DNA of 64,000 bases from Akkermansia muciniphila (GCA_945874145.1 CAMCFN010000005.1:12023-76022), one strand, 5' to 3'. Shown: positions 1-9,019, numbered from the stretch's first letter. The notes: a model not told the origin generated them from the sequence alone. Numbers and translations are program-made.

Positions 1-8
1 GCCGTCAA

Positions 9-2738
9 GTGACGGCCAAGTTGCTTTCCGTGGCTGGTCTTTTCGCGTTCGCACTGAACGCGTCCGCCCAGTTGCCGCAGCCCAAGCTGCACACGGTTTT
101 CCCGCCCGGCGCGAAGATCGGATCGACCGTCGAGGTAGCCGTGACCGGAGCCGAACTGGACGACGTCCAACTGCGTTTCACCCATCCCGGCATCACCGTC
201 AAGGCGCTCGCCAAGGCCAACGGGTTCGCGGTCAGCGTCGCCGCTGATGTGCCCCCGGGAGCCTACGAGGCCCGCGTGTTCGGGCGTTTCGGCCTGTCCA
301 ATCCGCGCATCTTCACCGTGGGCACCCTGGCGGAAGTTGCCGAGAAAGCTGGCAACAACTCACCCGCCACCGCTCAGGAGGTCGCGCTCGAAACCGTCAT
401 CAACGGACGGACCGACAGTCAGGCGGCCGATCACTACAAGTTGAACTTGAAGAAGGGCCAGCGCCTGATTGTGGACTGCGCGGCGGCGGATCTGGATTCC
501 CGGGCAGCAGACACCCTCACGCTGCTCTCGCCCGACGGCGCCGAATTGGAACGCGCGCGCCAAGGCGGTTTGATTGACCACACGGCGGCGGCGGATGGCG
601 CGGTGATTCTCAAGCTTCACGATTTCGTCTATCGCGGCGGCGATCAGTATTTCTATCGCCTCACCGTCACCACCGGTCCGCATGTGGATTTTGTGTTTCC
701 GCCGGCCGTTGAGCCGGGCAAGGCGGGTAAAGTCACCGTGTTCGGCCGCAATCTACCCGGAGGCACGGCTTCCAAAATCAGCGTCGGGGGCAAGCTGCTT
801 GACCAACTGACAGTGGACATTACCGCTCCGGGCGATGCCGTCGCTCGCCAGCGTCTCGCCACCAGCACACTCGGCAATGCCGCCGCCAGTTTGGATGGCT
901 TCGAGTATCGCGTGAAGGGTGCCAATGGCTACCTCTCGAACCCCGCGCTGCTGACCTTCGCCGATGCGCCAGTTGCGACCGAAGCCGAGCCAAACGACAC
1001 CCGTGAGAAGGCGCAGAAAATTTCCCTGCCCGCCGCCATCGCCGGACAGTTCGCCACCGCCAACGACCGCGACTGGTTCGCTTTTGAGGCGAAGAAGGGC
1101 GAGACCTTCGCGCTGGAAATCATCTCCCATCGGTTCGGACTGCCCACGGCACCGCAAGTGGTGATTCAGAAATACACCAAGAACGACAAGGGGGAGGAAA
1201 CCTTCACCGACGTGCAGGAGTTCGGTGAGTCGGTCGTGAATATGGGCGGACCGGAGTTCAACACCGCGCACCGCGACCCGGTCGGGCGCTTTGAGGCCAA
1301 AGAGGATGCTTCCTTCCGCCTCAGCATCCGCGACAACTTCGGCCGCACTGCGGGCAGCCCGCGCCATGTTTACCTGCTTACCCTGCGCAAGGAGGTCCCG
1401 GACTTCCGCTTGGTGGCCATCCCGGAATCCTCCCCCACGAAGAAAAGCCCCAATGACGTCATCTCCTGGGCCTCCTCACTCCGCCGAGGCGAAGTCATTC
1501 CCATCAAGCTCCTCGTGCTGCGGCGCGATGGTTTCAAGGAAGACATCGCCCTGTCCGTCGAGGGCTTGCCTGCCGGGATGAGCGCAGTGACGCCGGTCAT
1601 TCCAGCGGCCTCAAACACCTTCACGGTCTTCTTCTCCGCACAGGAAGACGCCAAGGCTTGGGCTGGCGACGTGAAGCTGATCGGCAAGGCCAAGGTCGGC
1701 GAAACCATGCTGGCCCGCGAGACCCGCTTCAGCACCGTGAGCTGGGACATCGTGTTCGACAACAACACCACCGAACCGCCCCAGACCCGGCTGGCGCGGA
1801 ACTTCACCTTGGCCGTGACGGACACGGAGGTCACGCCGCTGACCTTTGCGATGGAGGCGAAACAGCCGCTCGAAACCTGCGTTGCAAACAAGCTGCTCAT
1901 CCCCGTCAACTTCACCCGCCGCGCCGACTTCAATGTCGAGGTGAAGCTAAAAGTCGGTGGGAACAAGCTGCTGGAGAAAGTCCCGGAACTGACCGGCACG
2001 GACAAGACCAAGTCCATCCAGCTCGCGCTCAACCTAGCCGAGCTCAAGCTCCCGGCTGGACAGCATACCTTCTGGCTCCAAAGTCGTGCCAAAGGCAAAA
2101 TGCGTTCCTTCGCGGAAGCTGCGAAGTCCACTGAAGCAGCCGCCAAGGCAGCGGAGAAGGAAGCCGAGACTGCCGCGAAGGTCGCCAAGGAAGCCAAGGA
2201 AGCCGCCGCGAAAGTGACCGCCCCGGCCGAGGCCAAGGCCGCCGCTGAAAAGGCCGTCAAGGACGCCGAGGCCAAGGCCAAGGACGCCGAGGCCAAGAAG
2301 ACCGCCGCGCAAACCACCATGAAGGCCATGGCCGACAAGTCAAAACCCCGCGACATCGAGGCCACCTTCTATTCCCTGCCCATCACGCTCACCGTCACGC
2401 CTGCCCCCATAACGCTCACCGAGGTGGGGGCTCAGTCGCTGGCGCAAGGCGGCAAGGTGGAAGTGCCCGTCAAGATCACGCGCCTCTACGACTACAAGGA
2501 TCCGGTGGACATCAGCCTCACCGTGCCGGCGAGCGCCAAGGGCGTCAGCGCCGCGAAGCTCACGATTCCGGCCAGCGGCACGGACGGGAAACTCACCTTG
2601 GAGACGAAAGCAGACGCCACCCCCGGCGAGCACAAGCTCACGCTCCAGGCGGCCATGAAGCTCAACGGGCAGGACATCAAGCTGGACCAGCCGTTGGTGC
2701 TGAAGGTCGCAGCGGTCGAGAAGCCGAAGGCGAAGTGA
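9..2738 (+). CDS. Secreted multidomain protein with two pre-peptidase C-terminal (PPC)-like domains and an Ala/Lys/Glu-rich segment
   Basis: 909-aa ORF starting at GTG 9. Signal peptide LLSVAGLFAFALNASAQ. PPC-like motif EAEPNDTREKAQ...NDRDWFAFEAKKGE. Protein-like composition, unlike the overlapping frames. Confidence 0.75.
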   Translation: MTAKLLSVAGLFAFALNASAQLPQPKLHTVFPPGAKIGSTVEVAVTGAELDDVQLRFTHPGITVKALAKANGFAVSVAADVPPGAYEARVFGRFGLSNPRIFTVGTLAEVAEKAGNNSPATAQEVALETVINGRTDSQAADHYKLNLKKGQRLIVDCAAADLDSRAADTLTLLSPDGAELERARQGGLIDHTAAADGAVILKLHDFVYRGGDQYFYRLTVTTGPHVDFVFPPAVEPGKAGKVTVFGRNLPGGTASKISVGGKLLDQLTVDITAPGDAVARQRLATSTLGNAAASLDGFEYRVKGANGYLSNPALLTFADAPVATEAEPNDTREKAQKISLPAAIAGQFATANDRDWFAFEAKKGETFALEIISHRFGLPTAPQVVIQKYTKNDKGEETFTDVQEFGESVVNMGGPEFNTAHRDPVGRFEAKEDASFRLSIRDNFGRTAGSPRHVYLLTLRKEVPDFRLVAIPESSPTKKSPNDVISWASSLRRGEVIPIKLLVLRRDGFKEDIALSVEGLPAGMSAVTPVIPAASNTFTVFFSAQEDAKAWAGDVKLIGKAKVGETMLARETRFSTVSWDIVFDNNTTEPPQTRLARNFTLAVTDTEVTPLTFAMEAKQPLETCVANKLLIPVNFTRRADFNVEVKLKVGGNKLLEKVPELTGTDKTKSIQLALNLAELKLPAGQHTFWLQSRAKGKMRSFAEAAKSTEAAAKAAEKEAETAAKVAKEAKEAAAKVTAPAEAKAAAEKAVKDAEAKAKDAEAKKTAAQTTMKAMADKSKPRDIEATFYSLPITLTVTPAPITLTEVGAQSLAQGGKVEVPVKITRLYDYKDPVDISLTVPASAKGVSAAKLTIPASGTDGKLTLETKADATPGEHKLTLQAAMKLNGQDIKLDQPLVLKVAAVEKPKAK

Positions 2739-2754
2739 AGACCGCGGCTGGTAG

Positions 2755-2776
2755 GGCGCGCTGTCCTCAGCGCGCC
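2755..2776 (+). terminator. GC-rich stem-loop after the first gene (terminator-like, no T-tract)
   Basis: Perfect 9-bp stem GGCGCGCTG / CAGCGCGCC with 4-nt loop TCCT, 17 nt after the stop at 2736-2738. No U-run follows. Confidence 0.35.
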
Positions 2777-2910
2777 GCAGTTGTGCATCCAACCCAGCAG
2801 CAGCGCCGCTGCTACTCACGCGACCGCCTCAGGTCATGGCCAGCGAAGGCGGAATTCATCGTGCCGGACCTTGCGCCATTGCCAGTCAGCGTTCGGGGCG
2901 GAACTGCGGT

Positions 2911-2939
2911 TTGAATCCAGCGCCCTGACCTGCTACAAT
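2911..2939 (+). promoter_or_regulatory. Sigma70-like promoter candidate for the first beta-propeller gene
   Basis: TTGAAT (2911-2916), 17-nt spacer, TACAAT (2934-2939), 43 nt upstream of ATG 2983. Confidence 0.4.
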
Positions 2940-2982
2940 ACGGCCCGTCGGCCAGTAGAAATACCCATTCCAAATACACCGC

Positions 2983-4221
2983 ATGAAACCCTGCCCTGCC
3001 CTATCCACGTTGCTACTCCTCGCCTCGCTCTTGCCCGCCTTGGCTGCCCCCGGCGACTGGCCCACCTGGCGCGGCCCCAAGCGCGATGGCATCAGCACTG
3101 AAACCGCCTTGCTGAAGCAGTGGCCCGCTGACGGTCCGCCGCTGGCTTGGAAGATCAACGGGTGCGGCACCGGCTACTCCAGTGTGGCGGTCGCGGATGG
3201 CATGGTCGTGACCATGGGCGATGGCCCGGACGGCGCGCGCGTGCTGGCTTTCAGCGCCAAGGACGGCCAGCCCATCTGGCAGACCGAGGTCATCGGCAAG
3301 CCCGGTGGCAATTACGCCGGCACCCGTTGCACCCCGGCGATTGACGGCGGGCTGATCTACGCCCTCGGCCAGTTTGGCGACTTTGTCTGCGTGGACGGCA
3401 AGTCCGGCAAGGTGCTGTGGAGCAAGTCGCTCCAGAAGGATTTCGGCGGCAGCTACGCCGGCTGGAACTACACGGAAAGCCCGCTCGTCGATGGCGACAA
3501 GGTCCTCCTCACCCCCGGCGGCCGTCAGGGGGCCATGGTGGCCCTCAACAAAAAGACCGGCGCGTTGATCTGGCAGAGCAAGCAATGGACCGACGGCGCC
3601 GCCTACTCCTCCATCGTCCCGTCGGACTTTGGCGGCAAGCGGCATTACGTCCAGTTCACGGAACAGAGTGTGGCGGGCATTGACGCCGCGACGGGCAACC
3701 TCGTCTGGCGCGCACCCCGCAAAGGCGCGACCGCCAGCATTCCCACCCCCGTGTTGAGCGGGGATCTGGTCTACGTCACCTCCGGTTACGGCGTCGGCTG
3801 CAATCTCTTCAAACTTCAACGCGCCGGCAGCGTCATCGCCTCGCAGGAAGTTTATGCGAACAAGAGCATGGTGAACCATCACGGCGGCGTCATCCTGATC
3901 GGCCAGCATGTCTATGGCCACTCCGACAGCGGTGGCTGGACCTGCATGGACCTCCGCACGGGCAATGTCGCCTGGAGCAACAAAGGTGTGGGCAAGGGTG
4001 CCATTGCGTATGCGGACGGCCACTTCTACTGCCGCAGCGAGGGTGGTCAGGGAACCGTGGCGCTCATCGAAGCCACCCCCACCGGCTACAAGGAAAAGGG
4101 CCGTTTCAACCAGCCTGAGCGCAGCAAACAAAACAGTTGGGCCCACCCCGTCATCGCCAACGGCAAGCTCTACCTCCGCGACATGGACGTGCTGCTCTGC
4201 TACGACGTGAAACAAAAGTAG
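2983..4221 (+). CDS. PQQ-like (BamB-type) beta-propeller repeat protein, secreted
   Basis: 412 aa. Signal peptide, then the PGDWPTWRGPKRDG motif typical of PQQ-like propeller proteins. C-terminal HPVIANGKLYLRD blade. Paralogous to 4572-5840. Confidence 0.85.
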   Translation: MKPCPALSTLLLLASLLPALAAPGDWPTWRGPKRDGISTETALLKQWPADGPPLAWKINGCGTGYSSVAVADGMVVTMGDGPDGARVLAFSAKDGQPIWQTEVIGKPGGNYAGTRCTPAIDGGLIYALGQFGDFVCVDGKSGKVLWSKSLQKDFGGSYAGWNYTESPLVDGDKVLLTPGGRQGAMVALNKKTGALIWQSKQWTDGAAYSSIVPSDFGGKRHYVQFTEQSVAGIDAATGNLVWRAPRKGATASIPTPVLSGDLVYVTSGYGVGCNLFKLQRAGSVIASQEVYANKSMVNHHGGVILIGQHVYGHSDSGGWTCMDLRTGNVAWSNKGVGKGAIAYADGHFYCRSEGGQGTVALIEATPTGYKEKGRFNQPERSKQNSWAHPVIANGKLYLRDMDVLLCYDVKQK

Positions 4222-4257
4222 GTGGCGAAGCTTGGCAATTCGTGCCTGACCAAAGAC

Positions 4258-4446
4258 ATGAGCGAAAAGATTCACCTTCGTGACGGGGACGCCATCCTCG
4301 TGATGGTCAAGGCGGGCAAGTTGCTGCACCACTCGTGGAACATGGGGCTGCCGCATGCCGAGTTCGTCAAGCGTGCCACAGGTCCGCTCCCTGATGGGGC
4401 TTGGGTGGGAACTGTTTCAAAGGTCGAGGGCGCGTTGCAGCGATGA
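4258..4446 (+). CDS. Small hypothetical protein (62 aa from ATG 4258), possibly the 5' part of a frameshifted gene
   Basis: ORF MSEKIHLRDGDAILVMVKAGKLL... Its stop overlaps (ATGA) a 26-codon ORF at 4443-4523 in the -1 frame. Confidence 0.3.
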   Translation: MSEKIHLRDGDAILVMVKAGKLLHHSWNMGLPHAEFVKRATGPLPDGAWVGTVSKVEGALQR

Positions 4447-4571
4447 CGTCGAAGCACTTCTTCGGATACCAGATGCCTGCCCCTCCGGAGGTTGCTGAAG
4501 TTGTGAAGCGGGAGTTCGCCTGAGTGCGTCCAAAGCTGGACTAAAGCCTGCACCCAAAATCTGATTGTTCC

Positions 4572-5840
4572 ATGAAGCCAGCCTTGCTCCTTGCCCTGAC
4601 CCTCACTTGTTCCGCCCTCGCCTCCACGCCCGACTGGCCGCAGTGGCGCGGGCCAAAACAGGACGGAATTTCGCCCGAGAAGGGGTTGCTGAAGGAGTGG
4701 CCCAGTGATGGTCCGCCGCTCGCGTGGCGCACCAAGGGCGTGGGCAGCGGCATGTCCAGTGTCTCCATTGCCAACGGCCGCATCTACACCTTGGGCAAGC
4801 GCAACCGCGACGGCGCGCAAGGGGTCTATGTCACCGCGCTCAACCTCGCCGATGGCAGCGAGGCTTGGGCCACCGCCATCACCACCGGCGGCGGTCCGAA
4901 CCCCAACGGCACGCCCACCGTGGACGGCAAGCTCCTCTTCGCCGTTGGCAACAACGGCGACCTCGCCTGCTTCGAATCCGACACGGGCAAACTTGTGTGG
5001 AAGAAGAGTTACGCTGCCGACTTTGGCGGCAAGTGCATGTCCGGCTGGGGCTACAGCGAGTCGCCGCTCGTGGATGGCGACCGCCTCATCGTCGTGCCCG
5101 GCGCTCCTGACGCCGGCATCGCCGCGCTCAACAAGCAGACCGGCGAAGTGATCTGGAAGTCCGAGATCCCCGACATCGGCCGCGCGGGCAAGGACGGCGC
5201 GGGCTACACCGGCGTCGTCATTTCCCAAGGCGCGGGCGTGAAGCAATACGTCACCCTCACCGGGCGCGGGCTCGTCAGCGTGCGCGCCACGGATGGCAAA
5301 TTCCTCTGGGGCTACAACCGCATCGCCAACGGCACCGCCGACATTCCCACGCCGATTGTGAAGGGCGACTACGTCTTCGGCTCTAGCGGCTACGGCGACG
5401 GTGGCACCGCGCTGGTGAAGCTCGTAAAGGACGGCGCGGGCGTGAAGGCCGAGGAAGTCTATTACCTCAAGGCCGGTGAACTGCAAAATCACCACGGCGG
5501 CATGATTCTCCTCGGCGACCACGTTTACCTGGGCCACGGCCACAACAACGGTTTCCCCACCTGCGTCGAGCTGATGACCGGCAAGGTCGTCTGGGGCAAG
5601 GAACGCGGCCCCGGCAGCGGCTCGGCGGCGATTGTCATGGCGGACGGCCACCTCTACTTCCGCTACGAGGACGCCGTGATGGCGCTCATCGAGGCCACGC
5701 CCAAGGGCTACAACCTGAAAAGCTCCTTCACCCTCGCCAGCAAGAACGGCAAAAGCTGGCCGCATCCCGTCATCCACAACGGCAAGCTCTACATCCGCGA
5801 TCAGGACGCCCTGCTCTGCTACGAAGTGCGGAGCAAGTGA
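4572..5840 (+). CDS. PQQ-like beta-propeller repeat protein, secreted (tandem paralogue)
   Basis: 422 aa. Signal peptide + TPDWPQWRGPKQDG. C-terminus HPVIHNGKLYIRDQDALLCYEV mirrors the upstream paralogue. Confidence 0.85.
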   Translation: MKPALLLALTLTCSALASTPDWPQWRGPKQDGISPEKGLLKEWPSDGPPLAWRTKGVGSGMSSVSIANGRIYTLGKRNRDGAQGVYVTALNLADGSEAWATAITTGGGPNPNGTPTVDGKLLFAVGNNGDLACFESDTGKLVWKKSYAADFGGKCMSGWGYSESPLVDGDRLIVVPGAPDAGIAALNKQTGEVIWKSEIPDIGRAGKDGAGYTGVVISQGAGVKQYVTLTGRGLVSVRATDGKFLWGYNRIANGTADIPTPIVKGDYVFGSSGYGDGGTALVKLVKDGAGVKAEEVYYLKAGELQNHHGGMILLGDHVYLGHGHNNGFPTCVELMTGKVVWGKERGPGSGSAAIVMADGHLYFRYEDAVMALIEATPKGYNLKSSFTLASKNGKSWPHPVIHNGKLYIRDQDALLCYEVRSK

Positions 5841-5905
5841 TCCGTCCGTGAGCAGGACACTCCTGTTCCGCATCCGTTTCGGAGAAATTCCCCGCTCTGG
5901 TGAAG

Positions 5906-5964
5906 CGCCGCGCATTGCTCGGCCGAAACTTCCCTCACTCGCTAAGGCCGAGCAATGCGCGGCG
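5906..5964. repeat. Perfect 19-bp inverted repeat (stem-loop) between the propeller gene and glyQS
   Basis: CGCCGCGCATTGCTCGGCC (5906-5924) and its exact reverse complement GGCCGAGCAATGCGCGGCG (5946-5964), with a 21-nt loop. Confidence 0.7.
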
Positions 5965-6034
5965 TTCCAAACCGATACACCCCCACGGCGCACCCCTTGA
6001 CTTTGCCCCGCCGCTTCCGAAAACTCCGCTCCCT

Positions 6035-7819
6035 ATGGCCGAGCCGAAAGAGAATGTGCTGATGGAGAAGATCACGTCGCTGTGCAAGCGGCGCGGGTTC
6101 ATTTTTCAATCCTCCGAGATCTACGGCGGCATCCAGGGTTTTTGGGATTACGGCCCGCTCGGCGCGGAGCTGAAGCGCAACGTGAAGGAGCTGTGGTGGT
6201 CCACCATGACGCGCATGCGCGACGACGTGGTCGGCCTTGAAGCGACCATCATCATGCACCCGGCCATCTGGCGCGCATCCGGCCATGTGGACACGTTCAG
6301 TGATCCGATGTGCGACTGCTTGCTGACGAAGAAGCGGTTTCGCGCGGACCAGATCGAACTGCAATCGGGCAACGCCTATCACTACAACGGCGCGAAGGAC
6401 ACCGTGTCGGGCAAGGAAGTTAGCGAGCCTTACGCTGTGTTGCTCGCTGCGGGCAAGCCGCCGGAGAGTGCTCGCAAGACCGCCGCTCAGTTTTATGCGC
6501 AGCGCGGCTTGCAATCGGTGGAGTTGCTCGGCGAGCGCATGGAGAAGGTCGAAGGCTCCCAACGCTTCAACCCGGAGAACGGTTCCCTGCTGACTCCGCC
6601 GGTCCCCTTCAACCTGATGTTCAAGACCTACGTCGGCCCCACGGCCACGGAGGCGGACGTGGCCTATCTTCGTCCCGAGACCGCGCAGGCCATCTTCGCG
6701 CAGTTCAAGAATGTCCACGAGACGTCGCGGCAGAAGGTGCCCTTCGGCGTCGCGCAGATGGGCAAGGCGTTCCGCAACGAGGTGACGCCGCGCAACTACA
6801 CCTTCCGTTCGCGCGAGTTCGAGCAGATGGAACTGGAATTCTTCATCAAGCCGGACGAGGCGGTCGAGGCCGTCAGCGGCGCGGTCGCCACGCCCGCCAG
6901 CAAGGGCCATCCCGGCGAGCCGCAGCCGAACTGGGGCTGGCAGCTCTGGCACCAGTATTGGGTCGAGGAGCGCATCAAGTTCTACGAGGGCATCGGCCTG
7001 CCGCGCGCCACGTTGGAGGAGTATTGGCAGAAGCCCGAGGAGCTGGCGCACTATGCCCGCGCCTGCGTGGACATTCTCTTCAAGTTCCCCTTCGGAACGC
7101 AGGAGCTGGAAGGCATCGCCGCCCGCAGCGACTTCGACCTCTCGCAGCACGAGCGCTGCTCCGGCAAGGCCATGGGCGTGTTCGACGAGGAGTTGCGCAC
7201 GGCCTTCGGCAAGCTGCCGCCCGAGAAGCAGACCGAACTGAAGGATCGCTACTACGCGGCCCGGCTCAAGTATCTCACCAAGATGGGCGTGCCGCTGGAC
7301 AAGGCCGGGGCTGAGGCCCAGGAAGACGCCGACGGCCTCGCGAAGGGTCAATACATCCCGCACGTCATCGAGCCGTCCGCCGGCGTGGACCGCCTCATCC
7401 TTGCGCTGCTGGCCAACGCGTATTCGGAAACCACCAAGACGGACGACAAGGGCAAGAGCGAGACGCTCTACGTGATGAAGTTTCATCCGCGGGTCGCCCC
7501 CATCAAGGTGGCCGTGCTGCCGCTGCTCAAGAACAAGCCCGAGCTGGCCACGAAGGCGCGGGCCATCTTCGAATCGCTGCGTGGGCACATGATGGCGTTC
7601 CACGACGAGGCCGGTTCCATTGGCAAACGCTACGCGCGGCAGGACGAGGCGGGCACGCCGTTCTGCGTGACGGTGGATTTCGAGACCTTCGAGGGCATCA
7701 AGGACGGCCCGCAGGCTGGCGTGAAGGACACTGTCACCATCCGCCATCGCGACGACGGCAAGCAGGAGCGCATCGCCGCGAGCGAGCTGCTCCCGTGGCT
7801 GCTGGCGCGGGTGAGGTAG
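6035..7819 (+). CDS. glyQS: Glycine--tRNA ligase (homodimeric class II type)
   Basis: LCKRRGFIFQSSEIYGGIQGFWDYGPLGAELK, YLRPETAQAIF, GKAFRNEVTPRN, IEPSAGVDR, GTPFCVTVD. ATG 6035 chosen over the upstream ORF extension, which has non-protein-like composition. Confidence 0.95.
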   Translation: MAEPKENVLMEKITSLCKRRGFIFQSSEIYGGIQGFWDYGPLGAELKRNVKELWWSTMTRMRDDVVGLEATIIMHPAIWRASGHVDTFSDPMCDCLLTKKRFRADQIELQSGNAYHYNGAKDTVSGKEVSEPYAVLLAAGKPPESARKTAAQFYAQRGLQSVELLGERMEKVEGSQRFNPENGSLLTPPVPFNLMFKTYVGPTATEADVAYLRPETAQAIFAQFKNVHETSRQKVPFGVAQMGKAFRNEVTPRNYTFRSREFEQMELEFFIKPDEAVEAVSGAVATPASKGHPGEPQPNWGWQLWHQYWVEERIKFYEGIGLPRATLEEYWQKPEELAHYARACVDILFKFPFGTQELEGIAARSDFDLSQHERCSGKAMGVFDEELRTAFGKLPPEKQTELKDRYYAARLKYLTKMGVPLDKAGAEAQEDADGLAKGQYIPHVIEPSAGVDRLILALLANAYSETTKTDDKGKSETLYVMKFHPRVAPIKVAVLPLLKNKPELATKARAIFESLRGHMMAFHDEAGSIGKRYARQDEAGTPFCVTVDFETFEGIKDGPQAGVKDTVTIRHRDDGKQERIAASELLPWLLARVR

Positions 7820-7821
7820 TA

Positions 7822-8014
7822 GCGGCAGGCGTCCCGCCTGCTGTAGAGGGCGGCATCTTGCCGCCCGGTCCGAGACCACGAAGCTCCGAAGTTTTTCGCC
7901 CTGCTGGACACTCGGTCCGCCGGGCGGGACACCTGGCTCTACGGCATGCGAGGACGCCTGCCGCCACGGGATTTCGCCTGCGCAGATTTCGCCTGCGCAC
8001 TTGCACCGCAGGCG
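7822..8014. repeat. Cluster of GC-rich palindromes and a tandem 15-mer in the glyQS-lysR spacer (REP-like or operator)
   Basis: Hairpins GCAGGCG-tcc-CGCCTGC (7825-7841) and GGGCGGCA-tct-TGCCGCCC (7848-7866). GCGGCAGGCGTCC (7822-7834) recurs inverted as GGACGCCTGCCGC (7952-7964). GATTTCGCCTGCGCA occurs twice in tandem (7970-7999). CGCCTGCG/CGCAGGCG hairpin at 7990-8014. Confidence 0.6.
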
Positions 8015-8049
8015 GACTTGGCTTCAACTTCCACTAATCACTCCGCGCC

Positions 8050-8931
8050 ATGCTGAACATCCATCACCTCGAACTGTTCTACTACGTTGCCAAGCATCAG
8101 GGGGTCAGCGCCGCCGCGCGCAACATGCCCTACGGCATCCAACAACCAGCCATCAGCGGGCAGATTCTCGCACTGGAGGATTACCTCGGCGGACCGCTCT
8201 TCCAACGCCGCCCCTTCGCCCTTACCCACGCAGGCGAAGAGCTGTTCGCCTTCATCAAACCGTTCTTCGACGGGCTCGAAGTGGTCGAGGAAAAGGTTCG
8301 TGGCGGGGCAACGCAAGTCGTCCGTCTCGCCGCCGCCACGATCATCCTGCGTGATCATCTACCGGAGATGCTGCAAACGCTGCGGCCCAAGTTTCCCAAG
8401 CTCAAGGTGCTGCTGCGCGAAGGCGTGCAGCCGCAGATCGAGAAGTGGCTGGCAGACCAGGAGGTGGACCTCGCCGTCACCGTGCTCGATGGCACCCCGC
8501 CGCTCGGCGTGCAGTCGGAGGCGCTGCTGCAAGTGCCGATCGTATTGCTGGTGCCCAAGGCGATGAAGCTGGCGAGCGTGGAAGACCTGCTGAAGTCCGA
8601 CCGCATTGAGCAAACGCTCATCAGCCCGCCGCTGAACGAGACCATCACGAAGAACTTCCAGGATCACCTCGCCCGGCGCGGCGTCGTATGGCCGCCCGGC
8701 ATGGAGGTGAACTCGCTGGAGCTGGTGGAGACTTACGCCGCGAATGGTTTTGGCATCGGCCTGACGCTCGCCATCCCCGGCAGGTCGCTGGACAAACGCC
8801 TGCGCGCGATGCCGCTGGAAGGGGTGAAGCCGATCACCGTCGCCGTGCTCCGACATCCGAACCTGCCCCCCGTGGCGCTGGCGCTCATTGAGGAGATGCG
8901 CAAGCGCGCGAAGGCGCTGGTGGCACCGTGA
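8050..8931 (+). CDS. LysR-family transcriptional regulator
   Basis: N-terminal wHTH LELFYYVAKHQGVSAAARNMPYGIQQPAISGQILALEDYLG and a typical 293-aa length with a substrate-binding domain. Confidence 0.9.
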   Translation: MLNIHHLELFYYVAKHQGVSAAARNMPYGIQQPAISGQILALEDYLGGPLFQRRPFALTHAGEELFAFIKPFFDGLEVVEEKVRGGATQVVRLAAATIILRDHLPEMLQTLRPKFPKLKVLLREGVQPQIEKWLADQEVDLAVTVLDGTPPLGVQSEALLQVPIVLLVPKAMKLASVEDLLKSDRIEQTLISPPLNETITKNFQDHLARRGVVWPPGMEVNSLELVETYAANGFGIGLTLAIPGRSLDKRLRAMPLEGVKPITVAVLRHPNLPPVALALIEEMRKRAKALVAP

Positions 8932-9019
8932 TGCGGACGGGCGCGGGATTCATGCCGCAGAGAGCCGGATAACAAGCGTTTGGCCCGCGCACGCTGCCGC
9001 AGCCTGCCAACCACTCCCC

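Noticed and set aside
2901-2925. tRNA-like T-arm motif (GCGGTTTGAATCC) suggesting a tRNA or tRNA fragment as an integration target.
   Set aside because: The flanking bases do not form a T-stem or acceptor stem, and no cloverleaf can be drawn. The TTGAAT is better explained as a -35 box.
4222-4257. GTG-initiated 12-codon extension of the small ORF (track start 4222).
   Set aside because: It begins directly at the preceding gene's stop codon. ATG 4258 gives a more plausible start, and the gene itself remains low-confidence.
5841-6034. Possible T-box or other riboswitch in the glyQS leader (glyQS is the classic T-box-regulated gene in Firmicutes).
   Set aside because: The leader is only ~190 nt. 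I find no T-box consensus (AGGGUGGNACCGCG-like), no specifier-loop architecture and no terminator/antiterminator alternative. Only the single long hairpin is present.
3013-7879. Long minus-strand ORFs (447, 573 and 645 aa) antisense to the propeller genes and glyQS.
   Set aside because: Arg/Gly/Ala/His-rich composition with no recognisable motifs. They exactly shadow well-supported plus-strand genes. This is a typical high-GC antisense open-frame artefact.
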